Assembly: GCA_049968515.1 (NCBI GenBank)
Contig: JBMFQR010000003.1
Location: 6,477 to 70,476 of the forward strand
Direction: 5' to 3'
Length of the DNA stretch: 64,000 bases
Source of the DNA: Brevinematia bacterium
GTDB taxonomy: Bacteria > Spirochaetota > Brevinematia > Brevinematales > JAOACQ01
Position 1 is the first letter of the stretch. Every line of letters begins with the position of its first letter. Below, in pieces: positions 39,151 to 48,275 of this stretch. The position numbers and the translations under genes were made by a program. The notes beneath the pieces were generated by a model. That model saw nothing but the letters and a program-made list of their open reading frames with translations. It was not told the DNA's origin and did not search any database.

Positions 39151-41597
39151 AAAAAATCACCATAATTTTTTATTTTTCCCATTAAAACAACAACCTCATT
39201 AAAATTCTTCATACTGGCAAAAGGAATAAAATTACCTTCTAATTTAACGCCATTAAGCTCAATATATTTTACACCCTTTTCAATACCAGCGGGATTCTTA
39301 ACAGAAATCTTCAACTTTTTGCCCCTGAATACTCTCTCTATGTAAAACTCTTTCCAGTCAGAGGGAACGCATGGATCAATTCTCAAGCCATCATAATCCG
39401 GTTGAATTCCAAGTATTCCCTCAACCGCAGCAACCTGCATTGTAGATGCTGTACCGGTTAACCAGTGCACATTTGCCCTGCCATGATGAGGACTATCTTT
39501 ACCCTCTGTAAACTGGCAGTGAATGTACGGCTCTGATTCTCTTATTTCGGCTTTATCATTCATTTCTGCCGGATTATTCTCCCTGTAATACTTATAAGCT
39601 CTATTGCCATTACCAAGAATTGTTTCTGCTCTAATAAGCCAGCCCTGTGTCTGGGAAAAAATTGAGGAGTTCTCCTTCAAACCCGGCAGGAACAATATCA
39701 TCCTTGCAACCGGAAAACCATATGTTAGAAATGGTGGATAGCATATCATAGCACCATAATCTGTATTCAAAATCTTCTCAACGTTATCAAGAACTATCTT
39801 TCCCTCTTCTTCGGAAGCAAGCCCACTTAAAACAGCCCAGCTCTGGGGATTTAACCAAAAGCTCGCCTCTTTATTGTTCCTTGAACCAATAACCTCATCA
39901 TTGTTGAATCCTCTCACAAACCTGTCTTTTTCCCACGCATACTTTTTAATGTTATTCTTTAATTTTTCAAGCTCACTGGTAGCCCAAACTACATCTTCCT
40001 GTTTTCCAAGCTTCTCTGCAAACTCCTTAAATATTCTCAAAGCCAGATAGAGTTGCAATGAGGCAAAAACACTCTCTCCCTCTTCACCGAGACGCAAACA
40101 ATCATTCCAGTCAGCATCAAGACCAAGCACAAGACCATGTTTACCAAGTTGCTTCAAACTGAAAAGCAAAGCATTTCTTAAATGTTCGTATACACTATCT
40201 TCTCCTCTATCAGAATAAGGGATAACCTCTTCAAGAAATTTTAAATCTCCAGTTTCCTTAACATATTGCTGAACTGTCGGAAATAGCCAGAGTGCATCAT
40301 CACAGCGATATTCAGTATAGCCAGTTTGCTTAACATAGTCCGGATTTTCAAGAGTCTGATTCGTGCCGGGCCTATGGTCAAACAAAACGAGAGGTAAGCC
40401 AGCTCCATTCGAGACCTGTCCCGAAAGCATATATCTCAATCTTTCACCTGCGGACTTACTATCGAGATGCATAATTCCCTGAATGTCCTGAACTGTATCC
40501 CTGAAACCAAGACCATTTCTTAAACCAATATACATAAGGGATGCTGCTCTCGACCAGAAAAATGTGATAAAACACTGATAGGCATTCCATATATTCACCA
40601 TCGTATCAAAATTTTCATCCGGGGTTTTCACCTTTAAATTTTCAAGTTTTGAGTGCCAGTATCTCTTGAGTTCATCAATCTCCTCATAAACCTTTGAGGT
40701 ATTCCTATATTTATCCATTATCTTTCTTGCAAAAAACTCATTACCTCTTCCTAATAGATAAACCACTTCTTTTTCTTCACCATCAGCTAACTCAAGCAAA
40801 ACCTGCATCGAATTACAACTGTTACCACCGTAGTTCAATGAATTACTACAGCTTCCCTTTTCTACAGCAACTGGATTTTCATATCCCCTGTATCCACCTA
40901 TAAAAACCTCTCTATCACCATCATAAGATATAACATCTGCCCCAACCACTGCTGTAAACCTATTCTCTCTTTTCCCACCCAGTCCGGGATCAAGCTCTAT
41001 TTTTTCTCCTATAGACTGTGCATTCTCATTCAATGTCTGTATCATCAGATTGTCTTTATAATACGTTCTGGAAATAAAAAGTGTATACTGCAAGTTAACA
41101 AGATCCTGATTTTCGTTGGATTCATTGGTCAACTCAACATAATTAAATAAAGAGAGCTTTCTCTTTCTCCCGGAAATATTCTTTATCTTTATTGCCCATA
41201 CTTCATAATGCTCATTTAATGGAACATAATATTTTGTTTCTGTTTCAATACCTTCATATTTTGAAGAAATTATCGTATATGCTATACCATGCCTGCAAAT
41301 TGATTCATATTTTTCAAGGTTTTTCTTTACGGGCATCCAGCTTGAAGACCAGTAATCACCACTCTCCATATCTCTTATATAGATATACCTTCCCGGAAGG
41401 CTACCCTTTATCCCATTAAATCTATCTCTTATTAGTCGACCATTGGCTCCAGAGCCCACAAAGCTATAACCACCAGCATTATTGGTGATAATTGCACCAT
41501 ACACTACAGAACCGAGATAATTTACCCATTGACGCGGCGTATCCGGTCTGGTAATTACATATTCTTTTGCTTCATTATCAAAATAGCCAAACCTCAT
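39147..41597 (-). CDS. GH94 glycoside phosphorylase (cellobiose/chitobiose/laminaribiose phosphorylase family)
   Basis: ATG at 41597. MRFGYFDNEAKEYVITRPDTPRQWVNYLG matches the cellobiose phosphorylase N-terminus. The catalytic-region motif is YRCDDALW. About 816 aa. Substrate cannot be assigned. Confidence 0.85.
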   Translation of the reverse strand: MRFGYFDNEAKEYVITRPDTPRQWVNYLGSVVYGAIITNNAGGYSFVGSGANGRLIRDRFNGIKGSLPGRYIYIRDMESGDYWSSSWMPVKKNLEKYESICRHGIAYTIISSKYEGIETETKYYVPLNEHYEVWAIKIKNISGRKRKLSLFNYVELTNESNENQDLVNLQYTLFISRTYYKDNLMIQTLNENAQSIGEKIELDPGLGGKRENRFTAVVGADVISYDGDREVFIGGYRGYENPVAVEKGSCSNSLNYGGNSCNSMQVLLELADGEEKEVVYLLGRGNEFFARKIMDKYRNTSKVYEEIDELKRYWHSKLENLKVKTPDENFDTMVNIWNAYQCFITFFWSRAASLMYIGLRNGLGFRDTVQDIQGIMHLDSKSAGERLRYMLSGQVSNGAGLPLVLFDHRPGTNQTLENPDYVKQTGYTEYRCDDALWLFPTVQQYVKETGDLKFLEEVIPYSDRGEDSVYEHLRNALLFSLKQLGKHGLVLGLDADWNDCLRLGEEGESVFASLQLYLALRIFKEFAEKLGKQEDVVWATSELEKLKNNIKKYAWEKDRFVRGFNNDEVIGSRNNKEASFWLNPQSWAVLSGLASEEEGKIVLDNVEKILNTDYGAMICYPPFLTYGFPVARMILFLPGLKENSSIFSQTQGWLIRAETILGNGNRAYKYYRENNPAEMNDKAEIRESEPYIHCQFTEGKDSPHHGRANVHWLTGTASTMQVAAVEGILGIQPDYDGLRIDPCVPSDWKEFYIERVFRGKKLKISVKNPAGIEKGVKYIELNGVKLEGNFIPFASMKNFNEVVVLMGKIKNYGDFL

Positions 41598-41657
41598 TTT
41601 AACCAATCCTCCACAAGAAAAATTTTATTTAACAATAAATATTTGTAAGAGAGATAA

Positions 41658-42122
41658 TCAACCAATCGTTTTTTGCATTGCCACCTCATCACATTGCATT
41701 ATTTTTGAACAATTCAAACAATCCCTCCAGATCTTTTGCGGAAAGGAACTCTTGTCAACGATGGAATAACCAAGCTTTCTGAAAAACTCAACCTGATAGG
41801 TAAGCACAAAAACCCTTTTTATTCCCTCCTCTGATAAAAGTTTTTCTGCATTCAAAACAAGCTCCTTACCAATCCCTTTGCCCCTGTAATCCTCTCTCAC
41901 AGCGAGTGATCTTATTTCAGCCAGTGTCTCCGTAAAAAACGAGACTGCACAGCAACCAACCACTTCATCCTTAATAACTACAACAAGATAATTTCTTATG
42001 CCTTCAATTATATTTTCTTTTTTCCTTGATAACATCAAGCCTTTTCTGGCATATGAATTTATAAGCTCCTCAATATATATCGCATCGGTAAGCTTCGCAC
42101 TGCGTATAGTAATCCCTTTCAT
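41658..42122 (-). CDS. GNAT-family N-acetyltransferase (short ArgA-like)
   Basis: 154 aa. Acetyl-CoA motif RGKGIGKELV and a C-terminal Cys cluster, CLNCSKIMQCDE. Confidence 0.8.
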   Translation of the reverse strand: MKGITIRSAKLTDAIYIEELINSYARKGLMLSRKKENIIEGIRNYLVVVIKDEVVGCCAVSFFTETLAEIRSLAVREDYRGKGIGKELVLNAEKLLSEEGIKRVFVLTYQVEFFRKLGYSIVDKSSFPQKIWRDCLNCSKIMQCDEVAMQKTIG

Positions 42123-42452
42123 TTATGCACTCAACATACTATCCAGAACTTCTTTTATCCTCTGTTTGGGAACTGCCCCCACAATTTTCTGATAAGGTGT
42201 CCCCTTATTGAAGAAAATCAAAGTAGGAATATTAGTAATATTATAGGTCGTTGCAATTTCGGGATCATTATCAACATTTATCTTCACAATCTTGGCCTTT
42301 CCTGCATATTCATCAGCAAGCTGATCAAGAAGTGGTGCAATCATTCTGCAGGGAGGACACCACTCTGCCCAGAAATCAACAACGACTGGTATTGAGGATT
42401 TTAAAACCTCACTTTCGAAATTACTTGCGCTTGCATAAACCACATTTGACAT
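42123..42452 (-). CDS. trxA: Thioredoxin (CPPC active site)
   Basis: ATG at 42452 lies 5 nt after GGAGG. VVDFWAEWCPPCRMIAP is a thioredoxin fold with Pro-Pro rather than Gly-Pro in the active site. Confidence 0.9.
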   Translation of the reverse strand: MSNVVYASASNFESEVLKSSIPVVVDFWAEWCPPCRMIAPLLDQLADEYAGKAKIVKINVDNDPEIATTYNITNIPTLIFFNKGTPYQKIVGAVPKQRIKEVLDSMLSA

Positions 42453-42469
42453 ATAAACCTCCATTTAAT

Positions 42470-43825
42470 TTAAAAACATAGCTCTCTTATTTTCAAAAAG
42501 ACACTCTCAAGCAAAGCCTCATCCTCAGATTCACCAATAATTCTAATAACTGGCTCCGTATTTGATGGCCTTATGTGTATCCAGCCTTTTTTATTCCCCT
42601 TGAAATTAGCCCATAGACCATCAATCACAGAAATATCTGAAAAATCTTTACATAAATAATTATAAACCCTTTCACTAATTTCTTTCCAGTTTTTTGAGAC
42701 AGAAATTTTATCTTTTTTCATAAAGAACTTTGGCAATGATGAAACCTCTTCAGATATTTTTTTTCCGTTCAGCGCAAGCATTTCTAATATTATTGCAATT
42801 CCAGTGAGGCTGTCTCTTGCAAGATTTATTTGAGGATAAATCACCCCTCCATTCCCTTCCCCTCCTATTATTGCTTTGTACCTCACAATACCTTCAACCA
42901 CATTAGCTTCCCCAACCTTTGTTCTGTAACACTTACAACCATAGCTTTTAGCAATCTCCTCAGACATCATAGAAGTTGAAAGATTTATAACCACATCACC
43001 CTTTTGCATTGATAGTATATGTTTAACACAAAGAGCAAGTGTAAATTCTTCACTGAGAACATTTCCATTTTCATCTACAATCACAAGCCTGTCAGCATCC
43101 GGATCCTGTGCAAAGCCGATAGTGGCTCTGTTTTTTAAAACAATTTTTTTCAAATGAGTTAGATTTTCAGGGGTTGGTTCTGGTTTTCTGCCAAAAAAGC
43201 CATTAACCTCTCCATTAACCATAACAACATTGCATCCGAGTTTGTTTAGAAGCTCAAATGTGATTTCTCCACCAGCACTGTTTACCGGATCAAGAACAAC
43301 TTTAAAGCTTTTTGCTCTTATAACATCTGAATCAATATGCTTCAAAATGGAATCAATATGAAACTTACAAATATCGCCATAATTGAATTGTTTTCCTACC
43401 TTTTTATACTGCACTGGTTCAAATTTAAGATCAATATAAGAAAGCAATTCATTCAATTCACTTTCTGAAAAAAAGTATCCCTTCCCTGAAACAAATTTTA
43501 AAGCATTCCATTCTTCAGGATTATGAGAAGCTGTAATTATCAAGCCACCATCAAATCTTCCTCTTCTTACTTCAAAGAGAACAGTGGGAGTTGGTATTAT
43601 CCCACCATCATAAACGTCTATGCCGTAAGAAGTAATAACATAGTTGGTAAGATTTAATATTAACCCTCCGGTAATTCTGCCATCTCTTCCTACCAGTATT
43701 TTTTTTGCCTTTCTCTTTAATAAAAAATTTGCAAAAGCGTTCAGATATTTAAAAAGAACTTCAAAGGTAAGGCTTTCATTCCATATGCCCCTTACGCCCG
43801 AAATACTGATTTTTAATTCACTCAT
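42470..43825 (-). CDS. Phosphoglucomutase/phosphomannomutase family protein
   Basis: 451 aa. Phosphoserine loop TASHNPEEWN, metal loop QDPDADR and sugar loop GGEGNGG. Confidence 0.9.
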   Translation of the reverse strand: MSELKISISGVRGIWNESLTFEVLFKYLNAFANFLLKRKAKKILVGRDGRITGGLILNLTNYVITSYGIDVYDGGIIPTPTVLFEVRRGRFDGGLIITASHNPEEWNALKFVSGKGYFFSESELNELLSYIDLKFEPVQYKKVGKQFNYGDICKFHIDSILKHIDSDVIRAKSFKVVLDPVNSAGGEITFELLNKLGCNVVMVNGEVNGFFGRKPEPTPENLTHLKKIVLKNRATIGFAQDPDADRLVIVDENGNVLSEEFTLALCVKHILSMQKGDVVINLSTSMMSEEIAKSYGCKCYRTKVGEANVVEGIVRYKAIIGGEGNGGVIYPQINLARDSLTGIAIILEMLALNGKKISEEVSSLPKFFMKKDKISVSKNWKEISERVYNYLCKDFSDISVIDGLWANFKGNKKGWIHIRPSNTEPVIRIIGESEDEALLESVFLKIRELCF

Positions 43826-45330
43826 AACTCACCTTTTTTTATCTTTATAGCTTTTGTATATAAACTCTCATACTCTCGGGCACTTTTCTCCCACGAAAAA
43901 TCTCTGCTCATTGCATTTTTAATCAACTTTTTCATATGATGCTTTCTGTCAAAGTATGTGCTTACTGCCCATCCGACAGTATAATAGATTGCCTTGGAAC
44001 TTGCCTCATAAAACTTAAATCCAGTTCCTTCACCAGTTGATTCATCATAGTTTTCAACTGTATCGTCAAGTCCACCCACAGCTCTCACAATTGGAAGCGT
44101 TCCATACCTCATAGAATAAATTTGATTTAGTCCACATGGCTCATATAGAGAAGGCATAAGAAAAAAATCACTTCCAGCCTCTATAAGATGTGCAAGCTCT
44201 TCATTATAGCCTATATAACTTCCTATTCTGCCGGGATATTTTGAAGGAATATAGTAAAAAAAAGACTCAAGACTCTTATTACCTGAACCGAGAACGACAA
44301 ACTGAACGACCATATTATTCAGAATATCATCAAGACATTCCATTAAAAGGTGTAGCCCTTTTTGCTCAACAAATCTGCTCACTATCCCGATTATTGGAAT
44401 ATTATCGTCCTGCTTTAATCCCATCCTCTTTTGCAGCTCCCTTTTACAGATTTTCTTTCCGCTCAAATCATCCTTTGAATAATGTGCTGGTAAAAAAGAA
44501 TCCTTCTCGGGATTCCATACATCATAATCCACACCATTAAGAATACCAATATATCTATCACCCTTTGCATTAAGATAGGGTGCAAGTCCAAAACCACCGA
44601 AAGGCTCTTTTGTCTCTCTGGCATACTTTGGACTTACAGTTGTAATAAAATCAGAGAAGTATATCCCCGCCTTAAGAAAATTGATTGCTCCATAACATTC
44701 AAAAATATCAGGTATAAAATATTCTCTACCAAAACCAAGATATGGGTAGTTATAAGCCGGATAAATTCCCTGATAGGCAATATTATGTATGGTCAAAATA
44801 CTTACAGTGCTTGTAAAGACTGGATCATTCCAGTGCCAAACTTTCAGGTATCCAGAAGATAGTGCTGTCTGCCAGTCATGAGAATGTAGGATATCAACAT
44901 AAAACTTCTTTTCTCTACAGATTTCCATCGCTGCGCGTGAAAGAAAGGCAAATCTTCTCGGATTATCTTCATAATCATTAAAGGCATTGTCATGATATAT
45001 ACCATTCCTTTCAAAATAAAGGTTAAACTCAACAAAATAAACTGTAACACCTTTGTAGTCAGTTGAATAAACAGAACACCACTCCTCTTTATTGCCCATC
45101 CAGACACTCATAATGGAAATATCTTTTTTTGCACTAAATCTTTCAATATCGATAAAACCATATTTAGGAATTACAACCCTTACATCATGACCCATTCTTC
45201 TCAAAAAAACTGGAAGAGAACCGACTACATCGGCAAGTCCTCCTGTTTTGGCAAAAGGAGTACATTCTGAGGCTATCATTAAAATATTCAACTCTTTCTC
45301 CTGAAAAATGTTAAGAAGGCATTTTGCCAT
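43822..45330 (-). CDS. glgA: Glycogen synthase (ADP-glucose type)
   Basis: ILMIASECTPFAKTGGLADVVGSLP is the GlgA N-terminal signature. ATG at 45330 is preferred over the TTG at 45357, which has no RBS, but the start remains uncertain. Confidence 0.9.
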   Translation of the reverse strand: MAKCLLNIFQEKELNILMIASECTPFAKTGGLADVVGSLPVFLRRMGHDVRVVIPKYGFIDIERFSAKKDISIMSVWMGNKEEWCSVYSTDYKGVTVYFVEFNLYFERNGIYHDNAFNDYEDNPRRFAFLSRAAMEICREKKFYVDILHSHDWQTALSSGYLKVWHWNDPVFTSTVSILTIHNIAYQGIYPAYNYPYLGFGREYFIPDIFECYGAINFLKAGIYFSDFITTVSPKYARETKEPFGGFGLAPYLNAKGDRYIGILNGVDYDVWNPEKDSFLPAHYSKDDLSGKKICKRELQKRMGLKQDDNIPIIGIVSRFVEQKGLHLLMECLDDILNNMVVQFVVLGSGNKSLESFFYYIPSKYPGRIGSYIGYNEELAHLIEAGSDFFLMPSLYEPCGLNQIYSMRYGTLPIVRAVGGLDDTVENYDESTGEGTGFKFYEASSKAIYYTVGWAVSTYFDRKHHMKKLIKNAMSRDFSWEKSAREYESLYTKAIKIKKGEL

Positions 45331-45490
45331 TGCTTCTTTTCGAGGCAGATCTGGCAAAATGTAGAAAGAAAATTATTTTAACATATGAATTTTTTTTTCA
45401 CAAGAAATATAGGTGGATTTGCCCATGCTAAAGAATTTCAAAAGCATCCTTTCAAAAAAATAGAATTGTTTAACTCAGTTAAATTTTATT

Positions 45491-45519
45491 TTGACATAAA
45501 ACACAAAACTCTATATAAT
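45491..45519 (+). promoter_or_regulatory. Perfect consensus sigma-70 promoter upstream of tRNA-Ser
   Basis: TTGACA (45491..45496), a 17-nt spacer, then TATAAT (45514..45519), 14 nt before the tRNA 5' end. Confidence 0.6.
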
Positions 45520-45533
45520 ATTACATTCCTTAT

Positions 45534-45621
45534 GGAAGGATGTCCGAGTGGTTTAAGGAGCGTGCTTGGAAGGCACGTGTACGCCAAAAGCGTACCGGGG
45601 GTTCGAATCCCCCTCCTTCCG
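45534..45621 (+). tRNA. tRNA-Ser (anticodon GGA), class II with a long variable arm
   Basis: Manual fold: acceptor GGAAGGA/TCCTTCC, anticodon arm CGTGC-TTGGAAG-GCACG, variable arm GTACGC-CAAAA-GCGTAC, T arm GGGGG-TTCGAAT-CCCCC. Confidence 0.9.
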
Positions 45622-45647
45622 TTTTAAAATTCTTGTGGATATTCTCT

Positions 45648-46136
45648 ATGCAAAAAGAATCCTTTTATATTTCAAAAAATGGGATTGGTATTGAATTTTG
45701 CATAGAAGGTAGTTTTATCTCATCAATCTCTCTTAAGCCTGCAAAAACAGATTTTTTTCCTTCAGTAAAATCAGATTCCTTTTCAGAACTCATTAAGATG
45801 CTTTCTTTCTATCTTGATGGAAAGAACGTTGATTTCTCTTTATACTTAGATAAACTTTTCTGGCAAAAATGTAGTAGTTTTCAGAAAAAGGTATATGAGG
45901 CACTTTCCAAGGTCAAATTTGGTCAATATATTTCATATGAAGAACTTGCCAAAACGGCTTGCTCAGGAAATTATGCAAGGGCAGTGGGAAATGCAATGTC
46001 AAGAAATCCTTTTCCCCTTATAATTCCCTGTCACAGAGTATTACCAAAATCTTTTCCTATGACTAAAAAGCTTGGGGGATTCAGCTGTGGTTTAGAATTA
46101 AAAGAGAAACTCTTAATGATAGAAAAGATTCTATAA
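45648..46136 (+). CDS. ogt: Methylated-DNA--protein-cysteine methyltransferase
   Basis: ATG at 45648; the 5' part of the ORF-track ORF overlaps the tRNA. The active site is IIPCHRVL. About 162 aa. Confidence 0.85.
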   Translation: MQKESFYISKNGIGIEFCIEGSFISSISLKPAKTDFFPSVKSDSFSELIKMLSFYLDGKNVDFSLYLDKLFWQKCSSFQKKVYEALSKVKFGQYISYEELAKTACSGNYARAVGNAMSRNPFPLIIPCHRVLPKSFPMTKKLGGFSCGLELKEKLLMIEKIL

Positions 46137-46145
46137 GGAAATAAC

Positions 46146-47168
46146 ATGAAAGCATATTTGATAAAAAGATTCTTGCTTATATTTCCAACTCTCTTTGGTA
46201 TAACACTTGTATGCTTTTTGATTATGAATGCAGTTCCGGGTGGACCTGTTGAACAGGCAATATATAAGTTGAAACAGGCACAAATGAAAGAGGGAAGCAG
46301 TTCAACAAAAGGACAGAGTGCAATATATTCCGAAGAAATAGAAAATATTAGAAAATACTATGGGTTTGATAAACCTGTTATAGTAAGGTATTTTAGCTGG
46401 CTTTTCAAAATAATAAGAGGTGATTTTGGTTATTCATACATCTATGAAAAACCAGTTCTTAATGTTATAGTTTCAAGAATACCAATTTCGCTATTATTCG
46501 GGCTGACTGGTTTTTTTCTCAGCTACCTGATATGTATTCCCCTCGGTATAAAAAAGGCACTTGAAAACAATAAAGCATTTGATCACTACACAAGCTTCAT
46601 CATCTTTGCTGGCTATTCAATCCCATCCTTTGTAATGGGCATAGTACTTATAGTTCTTTTTGGGGGTGGAAGTTTTTTTAATCTTTTTCCTATAAGTGGC
46701 ATAATCTCTGATAATTTTGAAGAGCTGTCTTTGTTTGGTAAAATACTTGATGTCCTTCATCATATGGTTTTGCCAATATTTTGTTATATGATTGGAAACT
46801 TCGCTACTCTCACTCTTTTAATGAAAAATTCTATGCTTGAAGAATTACAAAAAGATTACATAAGGACTGCAATGGCAAAGGGTATGAGTTTTAAGATGGC
46901 CGTGTTCAGACACGCCTTACGTAATGCCCTCATTCCCTTAGCCACAAATATAGGAATGATTCTTACAGTCATCCTTTCGGGTTCTGTATTGATTGAAACC
47001 ATATTTACAATAGACGGAATGGGTCTCTTAGGGTATGAGGCTATCTTAAACAGGGATTATCCGGTGGCACTCGGATTAACTTTTATTTCAAGCCTTCTTG
47101 TGCTTACCGGCAGGATTTTATCCGATATAGCACTTGTAATTGTGGATCCGAGAATAAGGTTCAGATAA
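46146..47168 (+). CDS. ABC peptide/opine-type transporter permease (OppB/YejB-like)
   Basis: 340 aa. N-terminal YLIKRFLLIFPTLFGITLVCFLIMNAVPGGPVEQ plus an EAA-loop region, typical of the binding-protein-dependent permease family. Confidence 0.85.
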   Translation: MKAYLIKRFLLIFPTLFGITLVCFLIMNAVPGGPVEQAIYKLKQAQMKEGSSSTKGQSAIYSEEIENIRKYYGFDKPVIVRYFSWLFKIIRGDFGYSYIYEKPVLNVIVSRIPISLLFGLTGFFLSYLICIPLGIKKALENNKAFDHYTSFIIFAGYSIPSFVMGIVLIVLFGGGSFFNLFPISGIISDNFEELSLFGKILDVLHHMVLPIFCYMIGNFATLTLLMKNSMLEELQKDYIRTAMAKGMSFKMAVFRHALRNALIPLATNIGMILTVILSGSVLIETIFTIDGMGLLGYEAILNRDYPVALGLTFISSLLVLTGRILSDIALVIVDPRIRFR

Positions 47169-47214
47169 TTGTTGCTTCTGGCAGCTTTAGATAAAGAATT
47201 GTAAGGTAATAATT

Positions 47215-48255
47215 ATGGAATTTTTTTCTCCTATTACGAAAAAGAGAATCGAAAGATTTAAATCTCAAAAAAGGGCATATTATTCCCTTGTAATAATACT
47301 TTTAATTTATTTCATTTCTCTTTTTGCTGATATAATTGCAAACAACAAGCCCATAATAATGAGATACAATGATAGGTATTACTTCCCCGCATTCAAATTT
47401 TATTCAGGTAACAACTTTGGAATGAGTGAAATGGACATTCCGGATTACAAAAAAATTGTAAAAAGTGAAAGCTTTAAAAAAGACAGGAGGAATTTTGCAA
47501 TATTTCCATTAATTCCATATTCTCCAAACGAAACAATGGAGGATCTTGCCTCTCCTCCACCATCCCCTCCCTCATTAAAAAATCTGCTTGGAACAGACGA
47601 TAGAGGCAGGGACATTCTGACAAGACTAATCTACGGATTCAGGATAAGTTTTAGTTTCGCTCTTCTAATTACTTTTATCAGTATAAGCATAGGTGTATTT
47701 ATTGGCGCACTACAGGGATATATAGGAAAAATTTTTGATATTACGGTTCAGAGAATCATTGAAGTCATATCAGCATTGCCCTTTCTTTACATCATTATCA
47801 TACTCGGAAGCTCTATTGGAAATAGTCTTTTAATGTTAATTATTGTCTTTTCTCTCTTTGATTGGATAGGAATTTCATATTACATCAGGGCAGAATTCTA
47901 CAGATTGAAAGAAATGCCTTTTGTTGAAGCCGCTAAATCCATTGGACTTTCAGACACAAGAATAATGTTCAGACATATACTTCCGAATGCCCTCACGCCA
48001 GTTATTACATTCCTGCCTTTTGACCTTATCGGTGCTATATTTTCGTTATCTGCACTTGATTTTTTAGGTTTCGGACTGCCAGCTCCTACGCCAAGCATTG
48101 GAGAATTATTAAGGCAGGGAATAGGAAACATCTCGTCATACTGGCTGTCTCTCTTTCCAGCCCTCTTTTTGTTTTTAATTCTTTTGCTCATTGCTTTCAT
48201 AGGTGAGGGCATTAGAGAGGCTTTCAGTCCAAAAACCTTTTTCAGAATAGAATGA
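47215..48255 (+). CDS. ABC peptide/opine-type transporter permease (OppC/YejE-like)
   Basis: 346 aa. LLGTDDRGRDILTRLIYG and FVEAAKSIGLSDTRIMFRHILPN are typical of OppC/DppC/YejE. Confidence 0.85.
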   Translation: MEFFSPITKKRIERFKSQKRAYYSLVIILLIYFISLFADIIANNKPIIMRYNDRYYFPAFKFYSGNNFGMSEMDIPDYKKIVKSESFKKDRRNFAIFPLIPYSPNETMEDLASPPPSPPSLKNLLGTDDRGRDILTRLIYGFRISFSFALLITFISISIGVFIGALQGYIGKIFDITVQRIIEVISALPFLYIIIILGSSIGNSLLMLIIVFSLFDWIGISYYIRAEFYRLKEMPFVEAAKSIGLSDTRIMFRHILPNALTPVITFLPFDLIGAIFSLSALDFLGFGLPAPTPSIGELLRQGIGNISSYWLSLFPALFLFLILLLIAFIGEGIREAFSPKTFFRIE

Positions 48256-48275
48256 TTTATCTTTTATCTATGGAT

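Noticed and set aside
45385-45647. ORFs 45385..45627 (80 aa) and the first 36 codons of ORF 45540..46136
   Set aside because: They run straight through the consensus promoter and tRNA-Ser(GGA) (45534..45621). The translated text (..GGSNPPPS..) is simply the tRNA T-arm read as protein. The real ogt start is ATG 45648.
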